Source of the DNA: Actinomycetales bacterium
GTDB taxonomy: Bacteria > Actinomycetota > Actinomycetes > Actinomycetales > Dermatophilaceae
Assembly (NCBI GenBank): GCA_038199265.1
Contig: JBBPZD010000113.1
Coordinates: 1-63,956, forward strand
Direction: 5' to 3'
Length of the DNA stretch: 63,956 nucleotides
Shown here: positions 28,646 to 39,591 of the stretch, piece after piece
How the letters are laid out: each line of letters starts with the position of its first letter
How positions within the stretch are numbered: position 1 is the first letter of the stretch
The notes under the pieces: generated by a model
Database searches by the model: none
What the model was told of the DNA's origin: nothing
Seen by the model: the letters and a program-made list of their open reading frames with translations, nothing else
Program-made: the position numbers and the translations under genes

Positions 28646-29668
28646 ATGTCCGCCAACGACACGCACCAGACGAGCAACCCCAGCAACGACGCCGTACCGG
28701 ATCGCAACCTCGCGCTCGAGTTGGTTCGCGTCACTGAAGCCGCTGCCATGGCGGGTGGCCGGTGGGTCGGACGCGGTGAGAAGAATGACGCCGACGGCGC
28801 CGCTGTTGCTGCGATGCGACGGGTCATCTCCTCGGTCGCGATGAACGGTGTCGTCGTCATCGGTGAAGGCGAGAAGGACGAAGCACCGATGCTCTACAAC
28901 GGTGAACACGTCGGAGACGGCTCAGGACCGGGTGTCGATGTAGCGGTCGACCCCATCGACGGCACAACCCTGACCGCCAAGGGCATGAGTAACGCCGTCT
29001 CGGTCATGGCGGTGAGCGAACGTGGTTCGATGTACGACCCCAGCTCCGTGTTCTACATGGACAAGCTGGCTGCCGGTCCGGACATCGCCGATGTCGTCGA
29101 CATCCGACTGCCGGTCGCCGAGAACATCCGCCGGGTCGCCAAGGCCAAGAAGGTGGGACCCGCCGACGTCACAGTCGTGATGCTGGACCGGCCCCGTCAC
29201 CAGCAGCTCGCACAGCAGATCCGCGACGCGGGCGCCCGGTTGCGCTACATCGCCGACGGAGATGTCGCCGGCGCAATCATGGCCGCTCGGCCGGACACCG
29301 GTATCGACCTGCTGCTCGGTGTAGGCGGTACCCCCGAGGGCATCATTACTGCGTGCGCCATGAAGGCTCTCGGCGGCACGATTCAGGGCATCCTGGCCCC
29401 CAAGGATGACGAGGAGCGTCAGAAGGCCATCGACGCAGGTCTTCACCTCGACACTGTCCTCGCGACCGACGACCTGGTCCGCGGCGACAATGCGTTCTTC
29501 GTCGCGACGGGCATCACTGACGGCGAGCTGCTGCGCGGAGTTCGCTACCGTGCCGACGGCTGCTACACCCAGTCCCTGGTGATGCGTTCGAAGAGCGGCA
29601 CGATCCGCACCATCGACGCGCACCACTCGGTGGCGAAGATGGCCGAGTACACGAGTGTGGACCGCTGA
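28646..29668 (+). CDS. glpX: Class II fructose-1,6-bisphosphatase
   Basis: [38 protein letters not shown] and GGTPEG. Confidence 0.97.
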   Translation: MSANDTHQTSNPSNDAVPDRNLALELVRVTEAAAMAGGRWVGRGEKNDADGAAVAAMRRVISSVAMNGVVVIGEGEKDEAPMLYNGEHVGDGSGPGVDVAVDPIDGTTLTAKGMSNAVSVMAVSERGSMYDPSSVFYMDKLAAGPDIADVVDIRLPVAENIRRVAKAKKVGPADVTVVMLDRPRHQQLAQQIRDAGARLRYIADGDVAGAIMAARPDTGIDLLLGVGGTPEGIITACAMKALGGTIQGILAPKDDEERQKAIDAGLHLDTVLATDDLVRGDNAFFVATGITDGELLRGVRYRADGCYTQSLVMRSKSGTIRTIDAHHSVAKMAEYTSVDR

Positions 29669-29671
29669 TCC

Positions 29672-30613
29672 GTGGACGCACACCTCGTCATCGGTGAGGC
29701 ACTCATCGATATCGTGCACAGCGTTGACGGCTCGGTGCGTGAGCACGTGGGCGGCTCGCCTCTGAATGTGGCGATCGGTCTCTCGCGTCTCGGACACCGG
29801 GTGGTGCTGGCGACACATATCGCCGATGACCGGCACGGTCAGGACATCTGCGATCTACTCGACGCAGATGGGGTCGAACTCACCGACGGCAGCGCAACCG
29901 CTGTTCGGACGCCGACCGCTGCTGCATACCTCGACGGGTCGGGCGCTGCCACCTACGAGTTCGACCTGTCGTGGGACCCGGTCACGCCGTTCCCGGCAAC
30001 GACCGGGCATGTGCACACCGGATCTATCGCAACAGCCCTCCAGCCGGGTGCGAGCGGGGTTCGCGACACCCTTGTGACCCATCGCGACCTGGGCACGACA
30101 TCGCTGGACCCCAACCCGCGGCCGAGCATCATCGGTGCCGCGGCCGATATCCGGTCGGCAACCGAGGAGATGATCGGGCTCAGCGACGTCGTGAAGGCCA
30201 GCGACGAGGACATCGCATGGTTGTACGACGACGCCGCCGAACTCGGGCAAATCCTGCGGCTCTGGGCACAACTCGGACCGTCATTGGTGGTGGCTACTCG
30301 CGGTGGAAACGGGGCGCTCGCCTACCTGAGTGCAACCGATGAACTGGTCGACGTTCCTGGCCGCAAGGTCGATCTGGTCGACACCGTTGGCGCCGGGGAC
30401 TCCTTCATGTCGGGAATGATCTCCCAGCTCTTGGACGACGGGCTGCTGGGGGATGTCACCGCCCGGGAACGCCTGCGTGCGGCAGACCGCGAAACGCTCC
30501 TGGCGGCGGTCCACCGAGGTATCGCGACGTCGGCGGTCACCGTCTCCCGAGCCGGATCGCAACCTCCGCACCGCTGCGACCTGATCGGACCGCTCTCCCC
30601 GCCTCTGAACTAG
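29672..30613 (+). CDS. PfkB family carbohydrate kinase (fructokinase-like)
   Basis: GEALID, GGSPLNVA, DPNPRP and DTVGAGDSF. Confidence 0.92.
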   Translation: MDAHLVIGEALIDIVHSVDGSVREHVGGSPLNVAIGLSRLGHRVVLATHIADDRHGQDICDLLDADGVELTDGSATAVRTPTAAAYLDGSGAATYEFDLSWDPVTPFPATTGHVHTGSIATALQPGASGVRDTLVTHRDLGTTSLDPNPRPSIIGAAADIRSATEEMIGLSDVVKASDEDIAWLYDDAAELGQILRLWAQLGPSLVVATRGGNGALAYLSATDELVDVPGRKVDLVDTVGAGDSFMSGMISQLLDDGLLGDVTARERLRAADRETLLAAVHRGIATSAVTVSRAGSQPPHRCDLIGPLSPPLN

Positions 30614-30623
30614 TCGAACTGAC

Positions 30624-31313
30624 TCAGCGCGGGCCGGGTCGTACCGAAAGGTCCTCGACGGCGGCATCCTGAGGCATGTCTATCGCCAGCTGAACTGCAG
30701 CTGCTATCGACTCGGGTCGGATGTACAGGCTTCCGTCATAGTCCTCTCCCAGACCCTGCAGTTCTCGCTGCATGTCGGTGTCGACCCGTCCTGGATAGAT
30801 CGAGCAAACCCGGACGCCATGCTCGCGTTCTTCCTCACGCAGCGCATCAGCGAAGGCACGCGCTGCGAACTTGGTGGCCGAGTAGAGCCCGCCGCGAGCG
30901 GTCGCATGCAGGCCTGACCCGGAGTTGATGACGATCACCTGCCCACGAGCCCTGCGTAGTGCGGGCAGAGTCAGACGTGTCAGGTCGGCGACGGCGATCA
31001 CGTTCAGTTCCATGGTGGTGCGCCACGCGGCCCGATCCAAGGTGGCGGTGGAACCGTGACCCGCCACCCCCGCCGAATGCACCACGACATCCAACTCGTC
31101 GACCTTCTCAGCCGCCGCAGTCGTCGCGGCTTCGTCGCTCAGGTCTGCGACGAAGGCCGTCGCCGATCGCAATTGGGAACACACCCCGGCCACCGCTGAC
31201 GCATCCCGGCCACCGATCAACAGGTGGTGCGACGGAGCGAGCAGTCGGGCGATGGCCAGCCCGATTCCTCGGGTACCCCCCGTGATGAGAACGGTCTTCG
31301 CGTTGTCTGACAT
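30624..31313 (-). CDS. SDR family oxidoreductase
   Basis: TGGTRGIG, NSGSG and YSATK. Confidence 0.9.
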   Translation of the reverse strand: MSDNAKTVLITGGTRGIGLAIARLLAPSHHLLIGGRDASAVAGVCSQLRSATAFVADLSDEAATTAAAEKVDELDVVVHSAGVAGHGSTATLDRAAWRTTMELNVIAVADLTRLTLPALRRARGQVIVINSGSGLHATARGGLYSATKFAARAFADALREEEREHGVRVCSIYPGRVDTDMQRELQGLGEDYDGSLYIRPESIAAAVQLAIDMPQDAAVEDLSVRPGPR

Positions 31314-31352
31314 GTCGACAAGCCTACGAGTCGTGGCCGGCGGTGCTACGGG

Positions 31353-31718
31353 CTACCAGCGCAGTCCGGATCTCATCAGTGCTGCTTCGATTCCCAATCG
31401 TTGAGTCCGGGTCAACGGCGAGGTTCCCGGCAGGTCCAACTCCAACGCTGCGCAACAGTCCAACAGGACGTCGTCGTAAGCGAGCTCGATCGCAGTCAAC
31501 CGGCTCCAGCGCGCGGGCACGTTTCCCCGTCGTACCCGATCCTGTTCAGCGCTGAGGCGTTGCAGGTCGGAGGTGAGTCGCTCGATCGGTAGATGGGTCG
31601 GATGCGGGCGGATCCGTCGCTGGGTGAACGGTCGAATCAATTTCGGGAGGTGGATCAGCAGGTAGAGCAGCGATACCGGCAGGACGCACACGAAGGCGAA
31701 CTGTAGCCACGTGTTCAC
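31353..31718 (-). CDS. Hypothetical protein with N-terminal TM helix
   Basis: RBS GGAGG; 'PIE.L..DLQRL...AYDDVLLDCC.AL...R..IE.AL...G..W'. Confidence 0.6.
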   Translation of the reverse strand: MNTWLQFAFVCVLPVSLLYLLIHLPKLIRPFTQRRIRPHPTHLPIERLTSDLQRLSAEQDRVRRGNVPARWSRLTAIELAYDDVLLDCCAALELDLPGTSPLTRTQRLGIEAALMRSGLRW

Positions 31719-31739
31719 CCAGGGCCCTCCAGAAATAGG

Positions 31740-31775
31740 CGTAGGGCCGAGTCCGTGAACGGACTCGGCCCTACG
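31740..31775 (-). terminator. Intrinsic terminator-like hairpin after the sugar ABC operon
   Basis: Long perfect inverted repeat CGTAGGGCCGAGTCCG...CGGACTCGGCCCTACG. Confidence 0.75.
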
Positions 31776-31793
31776 TTCATTGAACTACTTCGG

Positions 31794-33071
31794 TCAAGAC
31801 GCCTTGTGCGCCCCTGTGTTCTCGGTCTTCTTGGACTCGATGGAACGAGCACGCTCCAACGCAGCCTTGCGCTGCTCTTCGTTGTCACGAGCGATCTCTG
31901 TCGCGCGCTCCTCATCGCGAGTCAGGCAGTCACCTGACTCGGGGTCGAAGACGTGCATCATCGACGGGTCGAAGGCCAAGTGGGCCTCCTGCCCCTCACG
32001 CACGACCGAACGGGCGTCGAGGTTGACGACCATCTGGGTGCGCATGCCCTCACCGTCGAGGTCGCGGTCCAGCTCCTCGAGCGTCTTCTGCATGGACGGG
32101 TCGGGCTCGAAGGGGATATAGGCATACTGCTCGTTGCCCAACCATTCCTTCACGTCGACGACGGCAGTGAATTCCACCCCGTTGTTGATGGTGTCGCCCA
32201 AGGTCGTGTCCTTGATGTGTTCGGGACGCAAGCCGACGATGACGGCCTTCTTCCCCTTGACCTTCTCTGCCATCTCGCCGGTGAGCTTGACGTCGGCGAT
32301 CGGCAACTTCAGCGTGTCGCCGTCGACCTGCGCGGGCAGGAAATTCATCGGCGGTGAACCGATGAAGCCGGCCACGAAGAGGTTGACGGGCTGTTCGTAG
32401 AGCTCGCGCGGCGACGCGCACTGCTGCAGGATGCCCTTCTTCAGCACGGCCACGCGGTCACCGAGGGTCATGGCCTCGGTCTGGTCGTGCGTTACGTACA
32501 GGCAGGTGAAACCGAGGCGGCGCTGCATGCGCGCGATCTCGGTCCGCATCTGACCACGCAGCTTGGCGTCGAGGTTCGACAGCGGCTCGTCGAAGAGGAA
32601 CGCATCCGCTTCACGGACGATCGCCCGACCCATGGCGACTCGCTGACGCTGGCCACCGGAGAGGTTCGCGGGCTTGCGCTCCAGGTGTTCTTCGAGTTCG
32701 AGCATTCCGGCTGCGTTGTGCACCTTCTCCTTGATCTCGCTGTCGCTGAACTTGCCCTTGGCAAGACGCAGCGGGAACGCGATGTTCTCAAAGACGGTCA
32801 GGTGCGGGTAGAGCGCGTAGTTCTGGAACACCATGGCCAGGTTGCGATCGCGCGGGGCGAGGTCGTTGACCCGCTTGTCGTTGATCTCCAGGTCACCCCC
32901 GGTGATGTCCTCCAGACCGACGACCATTCGCAGCAGAGTCGACTTCCCGCAACCGGACGGACCGACGAGGATCATGAACTCACCGTCAGCGATGTCCAGA
33001 GACACGTCGTTGACCGCAGGGAATCCGTCGCCGTACTTCTTGACAATGTTGTTGAGCTTGATGCTTGACAC
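31794..33071 (-). CDS. sugC: Carbohydrate ABC transporter ATPase (SugC/MalK-like)
   Basis: GPSGCGKS, MVFQNYALYPH, LSGGQRQR and DEPLSNLDAKLR. Confidence 0.92.
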   Translation of the reverse strand: MSSIKLNNIVKKYGDGFPAVNDVSLDIADGEFMILVGPSGCGKSTLLRMVVGLEDITGGDLEINDKRVNDLAPRDRNLAMVFQNYALYPHLTVFENIAFPLRLAKGKFSDSEIKEKVHNAAGMLELEEHLERKPANLSGGQRQRVAMGRAIVREADAFLFDEPLSNLDAKLRGQMRTEIARMQRRLGFTCLYVTHDQTEAMTLGDRVAVLKKGILQQCASPRELYEQPVNLFVAGFIGSPPMNFLPAQVDGDTLKLPIADVKLTGEMAEKVKGKKAVIVGLRPEHIKDTTLGDTINNGVEFTAVVDVKEWLGNEQYAYIPFEPDPSMQKTLEELDRDLDGEGMRTQMVVNLDARSVVREGQEAHLAFDPSMMHVFDPESGDCLTRDEERATEIARDNEEQRKAALERARSIESKKTENTGAHKAS

Positions 33072-33101
33072 TGTTGTGCTCCTTAGTGGCGGTAACGCCG
33101 G

Positions 33102-33962
33102 TCAGCCCTTGACGGCGCCGGAGGTGAGTCCGGCGACGATCCGGCGCTGGAAGACCAGAACCAAGATGACGACGGGAATGGTGACGACGACTGCTGCAGC
33201 ACAGATAGCCCCGGTGGGCTGAGTGAACTGACTTGCCCCGGTGAACGAGTTCAACGCCGCTGGGACAGTTTGGGCTCGAGCTGCGGTCAGATTACTGGAG
33301 AACACAAAATCATTCCAGGCTACGAAGAACGCAATGATGGCTGTCGTGAAAACGCCCGGTAGAGCCAACGGCGCGACCACCTTGACGAACGCCTGCCAGC
33401 TGCTTGCGCCATCGACCTGTGCTGCCTGCTCCATCTCCCAGGGGATCTGCTGGAAGAACGCGGTCAAGATCCAGATCGACAGCGGCAACGTCAGGGTGAT
33501 GTAGGGAATGATCAAGCCCGGGATCGTGTCGAAGAGGCCCAGGATGCGCCACAGGTTGAACAGGGGTGTCACCATCGCAATCACCGGGAAGAACGAAACG
33601 GTGAGCGCGGTGAGCAGGATCGCCTTCTTGCCGGGGAACTCCAGCCGGGCGATCGCGTAGGCGCAGAAGGTCGCCAGCACCACACTGATGACGGTGGCGG
33701 CCAGGCAGACGACGACGGAGTGCCACAGCGCCGGGACGAACAGCTCTTTGGCGCCGCCAGTGAAGATCAGGCTGTAGTTCTCCCACGAGATGTTCTTGGG
33801 CCAGAAGTTGCCCAGGACGTTCTGGCTCTGATCAGCCAGCGCCGTCTCGCTCTTCAACGACGTTGCCAAGATCCAGAGGATCGGCACGAGGGTCCAGATC
33901 ATGATCGGTATGGAGACCCCGGCGAGGCCCCACTTCGTCTTGTTCGTGACGTTGGTGTCCAT
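33102..33962 (-). CDS. sugB: Carbohydrate ABC permease (SugB-like)
   Basis: EAA loop EQAAQVDGAS; RRIVAGLTSGAVKG. Confidence 0.9.
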   Translation of the reverse strand: MDTNVTNKTKWGLAGVSIPIMIWTLVPILWILATSLKSETALADQSQNVLGNFWPKNISWENYSLIFTGGAKELFVPALWHSVVVCLAATVISVVLATFCAYAIARLEFPGKKAILLTALTVSFFPVIAMVTPLFNLWRILGLFDTIPGLIIPYITLTLPLSIWILTAFFQQIPWEMEQAAQVDGASSWQAFVKVVAPLALPGVFTTAIIAFFVAWNDFVFSSNLTAARAQTVPAALNSFTGASQFTQPTGAICAAAVVVTIPVVILVLVFQRRIVAGLTSGAVKG

Positions 33963-34924
33963 CAGTTCTTATCCCCCGTCAGGTCTACCTTGAAGCCGCG
34001 GACCAGAACCCCGGCGATGATCAACACGAAAATGAACAGCAGTACCGCAAGTGCGGAACCCATTCCGATCTCGGCTCGAGTGACCGTCTCTCGACCGACC
34101 AGCATCGAGAGGGTGTCGGTGTTGTTGGCGCCACCGGTCATTACGTACGGGTTGTCATAGATCCGGAAAGCATCGAGGGCGCGGAAGACAACGGCAACCA
34201 TGATGGCCGCCTTCATGCTCGGGAAGACCACCTTGACCTGGGTCTGCCACCACGAGGCACCGTCCACTTTTGCGGCTTCTTCCATCGACTGGTCCACCTG
34301 AGCCAAACCAGCCAATAGAAGCAGCGACATGAACGGAGTGGTCTTCCAGATCTCCGACAGACAGATGATGGTCAGCGAAGACCAGGTGCCACCGAACCAG
34401 TTGTAGCTCGGATCGAATGCACCGAAGGACAGGAAGTGCAGCCAGTGGTTGACAAATCCGGTGTCGAACTTGAACGCGTAGAGCCAGGAGAATGCAGAGA
34501 CCACGGTGATGATCGAGTAGGGGATCAATACGATGGTGCGGAGCGACTTGCGCGGCAGGACGATCTTGTTCATCACCATCGCGATCGCCATACCGAACAC
34601 CAACTCGACGATCAAGGTGATGATCGTGATCAGCGCCGTGATAGCCGTCGCTTTCCAGAACAGCGGGTCGCTCAGGGCCGTTTGGTAATTCTGCAGAAAC
34701 ACGAACTTGCGTGCGGCCGGATCGGTCAACCGGTAGTTGAACAACGACAGGTAGAGCGCGTAGGCGATCGGATAGAACGTCACCAAGATCATGACAAGGA
34801 ATGCTGGGCCCGCCAGCTTCCAGCCGAGCTTGCGTTCACCTCTCGTTCGATCCGATATCTGGGGCTTGGATTTACCCGATCGGCGCGTTTTTTCCTGCGC
34901 CGTGGTGTCTTCGACAGTGCTCAC
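33962..34924 (-). CDS. sugA: Carbohydrate ABC permease (SugA-like)
   Basis: EIWKTTPFMSLLLLAGL, EAAKVDGA and FRALDAFRIYD. Confidence 0.9.
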   Translation of the reverse strand: MSTVEDTTAQEKTRRSGKSKPQISDRTRGERKLGWKLAGPAFLVMILVTFYPIAYALYLSLFNYRLTDPAARKFVFLQNYQTALSDPLFWKATAITALITIITLIVELVFGMAIAMVMNKIVLPRKSLRTIVLIPYSIITVVSAFSWLYAFKFDTGFVNHWLHFLSFGAFDPSYNWFGGTWSSLTIICLSEIWKTTPFMSLLLLAGLAQVDQSMEEAAKVDGASWWQTQVKVVFPSMKAAIMVAVVFRALDAFRIYDNPYVMTGGANNTDTLSMLVGRETVTRAEIGMGSALAVLLFIFVLIIAGVLVRGFKVDLTGDKN

Positions 34925-36228
34925 AGCAGTGCCTTCCCCTTCAAAACGTTGCCGATGAATGTCTGGGCCTGCGCCGGCGTTTTCTGGTCTACAGAGCTCG
35001 GCGGGCTGAACTGCTGCTGCAGACCGGTGGAGATGTCACCCCAGTACGGCGACAGAGGACGCGGCGTGGCGGTCCCGAGCGACTCCAGGATGGTTTGGGC
35101 GATGCCGTTCGGGAACGCCTTCACCACCGCGGCATCCTTGAAAGCACCCTTGCGGCTGGCAGGGTTGCCGGCTTTGGCCATGTAGGAGGCCTGGTTCTTT
35201 TCGTTGGTGATGCACGCAGCTGCCTCATAGGCGACCTTGGGGTTCTTGCTGCTCTTACCCACGGCCAGGTCGATACCGCCGAACGGCGGCGCGGCGACCT
35301 TGTCAGCGACAGTCCGCGGGTACACGACAGCGCCGACATCGCTCTTGTCACCGGTCAGGGCCGCATAGGTGTACGGCCAGTTGACCAGGAACGCGGCAGC
35401 CTTGCTCTGGAAAAGGTCCAATGCTGCTGTCTCGTCCGAGGAACCCATAGCGGGGCCACCGAGACCGGTGTTGGCGATGGTCGAGATGATCTTGGCGGCA
35501 TCCTTGCCAGCAGGACTGTTGATCCCCAGTACGACCTTTTCAGCGGTGGCAGCCGGGTCCTTGATGATCGAGCCACCGCCACCGGCAATCAACGCGTTGA
35601 TCCACACCGAGTAGCCCTCGTACAACTTGGCCTGCACGCCGATCTTCTTCTTTTCCTTCTTGGCGGCAGCAATCACCTGTGCCCAGGTGACCGGCTTGGT
35701 CATATCGAGACCCGCAGCCTTGGCAACCTTCTTGCTGTACCAGAGCAGCTGGGTGTTGGCCCAGAACGGCACGGCGATCAGCTTGTCGTCGAAGGTCGCA
35801 CCCTTGAGAGCGGAGTCGACCCGGTCGGCCTTGAAGTTGTCGTACATATCCTTCGGCACGGGGGCCAATAGGTCGGCCGAGGCGAACTCAGTGACGAACG
35901 CCGGGTCCATGCTCATCAGGTCCATCGAGCTGTCGTTGGCGACGAGCCGACGCAACAGCTGAATCCGCTGATCGCTCGCGCTGTTGGGCAGCAGCTGGAC
36001 CTTGATGTCGTATTTGCCGCCTGATGCCTTGGAACACTCCAATGCCAGCGACGCCTGCCCCCCCTTTGTCGGATCGGTATTGCCGACGTCCGGGTTGATA
36101 TACCAGGTGAGCGAGGTCTTTGCGCCGCCTTCGTTGCTACTGCCGCAGGCCGCAAGACCGACGCTGGCAACCATGGCGCCGGCAAGTGCCAACGCCATGC
36201 CACGGCGACGTGGCAATGGTGTGTTCAT
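34921..36228 (-). CDS. lpqY: Sugar-binding lipoprotein (LpqY-like, probably trehalose)
   Basis: Lipobox LAAC, LTWYINPD, QRIQLLRRL, PFWANTQLLW and YEGY. Confidence 0.8.
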   Translation of the reverse strand: MNTPLPRRRGMALALAGAMVASVGLAACGSSNEGGAKTSLTWYINPDVGNTDPTKGGQASLALECSKASGGKYDIKVQLLPNSASDQRIQLLRRLVANDSSMDLMSMDPAFVTEFASADLLAPVPKDMYDNFKADRVDSALKGATFDDKLIAVPFWANTQLLWYSKKVAKAAGLDMTKPVTWAQVIAAAKKEKKKIGVQAKLYEGYSVWINALIAGGGGSIIKDPAATAEKVVLGINSPAGKDAAKIISTIANTGLGGPAMGSSDETAALDLFQSKAAAFLVNWPYTYAALTGDKSDVGAVVYPRTVADKVAAPPFGGIDLAVGKSSKNPKVAYEAAACITNEKNQASYMAKAGNPASRKGAFKDAAVVKAFPNGIAQTILESLGTATPRPLSPYWGDISTGLQQQFSPPSSVDQKTPAQAQTFIGNVLKGKALL

Positions 36229-36334
36229 GGAGAGAAGCTCCTTGACGGGGCGATGTTGGGGATGTGACGGGTGTGACTGGTTTCACTGTCCTTTTGGGAA
36301 CCAACTCTTGCAACCCACGGGCAGGACGCCAGTC

Positions 36335-36385
36335 TAAACGTTTCCGAATCGATACCTACTGACCGGTAACAGGTCCAACCGATTG
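36335..36385. promoter_or_regulatory. Candidate LacI-family operator sites upstream of the sugar ABC operon
   Basis: CG-centred palindromes AAACGTTT (36336-43), GAATCGATAC and CAACCGATTG (36376-85). Confidence 0.35.
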
Positions 36386-36465
36386 CGAAATCTGGCACCG
36401 GTGCTGCGTGCAGCCACATACGCTGACCTCCGATGATCCCGAGCCCCGCCGCCAAGGAGCCAGCC

Positions 36466-38151
36466 ATGCCCACGACCGAGTTCGGTTACGAGGACCTTCT
36501 CCCCGTCGGGCCGGACAACACCACTTACCGCTGCTTGAGCACCGACGGGGTCGGCGTCTCGACCGGACCGGGCGGTCGCACGTTCCTCGAGGTCGACCCT
36601 GCAGCACTTCGATTGCTTGCTGACACTGCGATGCACGACATCGCCCACTACCTACGCCCAGCCCACCTCGCGCAGCTGCGACGCATCATCGATGACCCCG
36701 ACGCCAGCAATAACGACAAGTTCGTGGCCCTGGACCTCCTGAAGAACGCGGGCATCGCTGCAGCCGGCGTACTCCCGATGTGCCAGGACACCGGTACCGC
36801 GATCGTGATGGGCAAAAAGGGTGGTCAGGTGCTGGTCGGGGGCCAGGAACCCGACGAGGCTGCGCTCGCCCACGGCGTCTATGACGCTTACACCCGGCTG
36901 AACCTGCGGTACTCCCAAATGGCTCCGCTGACCACGTGGGAGGAGAAGAACACCGGCTCGAACCTGCCGGCACAGATCGAGCTCTATGCCGACAGCGCCG
37001 CAGGGCACGAGACGACCTACAAGTTCCTCTTCATGGCCAAGGGGGGCGGCTCGGCGAACAAGTCTTTCCTTTTCCAGGAGACCAAAGCAGTCCTCAACCC
37101 TGACGCCATGATGGCGTTCCTGGATGAGAAACTTCGCGGTCTGGGCACCGCAGCGTGCCCGCCGTACCACCTGGCCATCGTCATCGGCGGCACCAGCGCG
37201 GAGTTCGCGCTGAAAACCGCCAAATACGCCAGCGCAAAGTACCTCGACGAACTACCCACGGAGGGGTCGGAGCTCGGGCGCGGATTCCGGGATGTAGAAC
37301 TCGAGGAACAGGTGCTGGAGCTGACTCGACGGTTCGGCATCGGCGCTCAATTCGGTGGCAAGTACTTCTGCCACGACGTGCGCGTCGTGCGGCTGCCCAG
37401 GCACGGTGCCTCTCTCCCGGTCGCAATAGCGGTCAGTTGTTCGGCCGATCGTCAATGCCTGGGCAAGGTCACCCCCGACGGGGTGTTCATCGAAGAACTG
37501 GAGACCGACCCGGCTCGGTTCCTACCCGAGATCACCGAGCAGCAGCTGAACGCTGCGGTAGACGTCGTCGAGATCGACCTCAACCAGCCGATGGAACAAG
37601 TTCTGGCCGAGCTCACCAAGCACCCGATCAAGACACGGTTGTCCCTGACCGGTCCGTTGGTCGTCGCGCGCGACCTAGCGCACGCCAAGATCAAGGAGCG
37701 GTTGGACGCGGGCGAACAGATGCCGCAGTACCTCAAAGAGAATGCCGTCTACTACGCAGGACCGGCGAAGACACCGCAGGGTTACGCGTCGGGATCATTC
37801 GGCCCCACCACCGCCGGCCGGATGGATTCCTACGTGGAGCAGTTCCAGGCGGCAGGCGGCTCGATGGTGATGCTCGCCAAAGGAAACCGCAGCACCCAGG
37901 TGACCGACGCGTGCAACACCCACGGCGGGTTCTACCTCGGGTCTATCGGTGGACCGGCTGCGCGCCTGGCTCAGGACTGCATCACTTCGGTCGAGGTCCT
38001 GGAGTACCCCGAGCTGGGTATGGAGGCCATCTGGAAGATCGAGGTTCGCGATTTCCCGGCGTTCATCGTGGTGGACGACAAGGGTGAGAACTTCTTCGCG
38101 GCGACCGCGAAGCCGACGGCCATGACGATCGAGAAGAGGCCTGGACTGTGA
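36466..38151 (+). CDS. fumA: Class I fumarate hydratase
   Basis: [34 protein letters not shown] and AKGNR. Confidence 0.95.
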   Translation: MPTTEFGYEDLLPVGPDNTTYRCLSTDGVGVSTGPGGRTFLEVDPAALRLLADTAMHDIAHYLRPAHLAQLRRIIDDPDASNNDKFVALDLLKNAGIAAAGVLPMCQDTGTAIVMGKKGGQVLVGGQEPDEAALAHGVYDAYTRLNLRYSQMAPLTTWEEKNTGSNLPAQIELYADSAAGHETTYKFLFMAKGGGSANKSFLFQETKAVLNPDAMMAFLDEKLRGLGTAACPPYHLAIVIGGTSAEFALKTAKYASAKYLDELPTEGSELGRGFRDVELEEQVLELTRRFGIGAQFGGKYFCHDVRVVRLPRHGASLPVAIAVSCSADRQCLGKVTPDGVFIEELETDPARFLPEITEQQLNAAVDVVEIDLNQPMEQVLAELTKHPIKTRLSLTGPLVVARDLAHAKIKERLDAGEQMPQYLKENAVYYAGPAKTPQGYASGSFGPTTAGRMDSYVEQFQAAGGSMVMLAKGNRSTQVTDACNTHGGFYLGSIGGPAARLAQDCITSVEVLEYPELGMEAIWKIEVRDFPAFIVVDDKGENFFAATAKPTAMTIEKRPGL

Positions 38152-38642
38152 ACGACTTCGAAGATCTGCTGCGTGCCAACGCAGAGTTCGGTGACAGCTT
38201 CGCCCTCGGTGGCTTCGACGGCGTCGCAGCTGCCGGCATCGCCATCGTGACCTGCATGGATTCACGCATCGATCCGTTGCGGATGGTCGGGTTGAAACCC
38301 GGCGATGCGAAAATCTTCCGGAACCCGGGTGGCCGCATCACCGATGCAGCGCTCGAGGCGCTCGTGCTGTGCGTGCACCTGCTCAATGTCGAGCGCGTTC
38401 TTGTGGTGCCGCACACCAGGTGCGCCGTCGCGACGTCAACTGAGAGCGAGCTGCGGGCACAGGTGGGCAAGTCCGCAGGAACCGACGTCACGTGGCACCG
38501 CTTCCACGTCATCGAGGATCAGCTCGAGGCGCTCGCTGAGGACGTTGCGAAGGTACGCACCCATCCGCTCATCGCCGGTCGGGCGACAACCGGAGGTTTC
38601 GTCTACGACGTTGACACCGGCCTGCTGCAGCAGCACTTCTGA
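38148..38642 (+). CDS. Beta-class carbonic anhydrase
   Basis: TCMDSR and HTRC zinc ligands; GTGA overlap with the fumarase gene. Confidence 0.9.
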   Translation: MNDFEDLLRANAEFGDSFALGGFDGVAAAGIAIVTCMDSRIDPLRMVGLKPGDAKIFRNPGGRITDAALEALVLCVHLLNVERVLVVPHTRCAVATSTESELRAQVGKSAGTDVTWHRFHVIEDQLEALAEDVAKVRTHPLIAGRATTGGFVYDVDTGLLQQHF

Positions 38643-38647
38643 GCATC

Positions 38648-39553
38648 GTGAACTCCCTGGACTCGTGGGTTGGATACCGTTCTACAGCTGCGCGCCGGTT
38701 CGCCCGGTCGGCGTACGAGGCGCTGGAGCCACTGCATGTCGTGGCGTACTTCAACCCCTCCATCCGAAGCCAGTGCAGGAACACCGGCCTGTCCCCGATG
38801 GCGCGTTACCTCGCAGGACGAGGCGCACCCCTCGGCAACGTGTCCGGTGCCTCAGTTGCGGCGATGTTCTACAACTTCAATCCCTCAGCAGTAGCTCCGG
38901 CCTGGGCAGAGGCGAAGGCCTACGGGCTACACCGAACCTTCGCGATGCACCTCGATGCGATTGAGCAGACACTGGACGCTGCGTTCGGACCCCTCGTCGA
39001 ACATCCTGCGCTCACGCAACTGGCAGATCGATTCGTGCAGATCGGCGGCAATCTCAACTACGCGGGTAGGCCCCTTGCGGCGGCGTGGGCCACCACCCTG
39101 ACGACGGAAGCCTCGCACCCGCCTCATCTGCGCCTCTGGCTTGCGCTCGCGCCACTTCGCGAGTTCCGTGGCGACGGCCACGTAGCCGCGTTGGTTCAAG
39201 CCGGTCTCTCCGATGTGGAGTCCGTTGTCTTCCACGAATCGCCGCATCCCGACCCCTCGCTCCGACGTCGCACTCTCGGCACCGCATTCGCGCGGACCTC
39301 GCGCGCGTGGTCAGAGCAGGAGTGGACGATGGCGCAGTCGTCTCTGGGGGCACGTAACCTGCTCGACAGTGACGCAACCATCAGCACCTCCGGATGCCGC
39401 CTGTACGCCGCCCTGGAAGACACCACCGATGACATGGCATCCGGGGTTTTTGAGGGTGTTCCCGATGCCGGCGAGTTGGTCAGCGGCTGCCGGCCGTTCG
39501 TCAAAGCCGTGATCGACGCGGGCGTGCTGCCCGGAACTGTCTCCAGAGCTTGA
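38648..39553 (+). CDS. SCO6745-like conserved actinobacterial protein
   Basis: EPLH..AYF, GRGAPLG, FYNF.P and LREFRGDGH. Confidence 0.75.
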   Translation: MNSLDSWVGYRSTAARRFARSAYEALEPLHVVAYFNPSIRSQCRNTGLSPMARYLAGRGAPLGNVSGASVAAMFYNFNPSAVAPAWAEAKAYGLHRTFAMHLDAIEQTLDAAFGPLVEHPALTQLADRFVQIGGNLNYAGRPLAAAWATTLTTEASHPPHLRLWLALAPLREFRGDGHVAALVQAGLSDVESVVFHESPHPDPSLRRRTLGTAFARTSRAWSEQEWTMAQSSLGARNLLDSDATISTSGCRLYAALEDTTDDMASGVFEGVPDAGELVSGCRPFVKAVIDAGVLPGTVSRA

Positions 39554-39591
39554 CCGCGATCATGCAGCTGCACCGTTCCTAGGATGGCCGT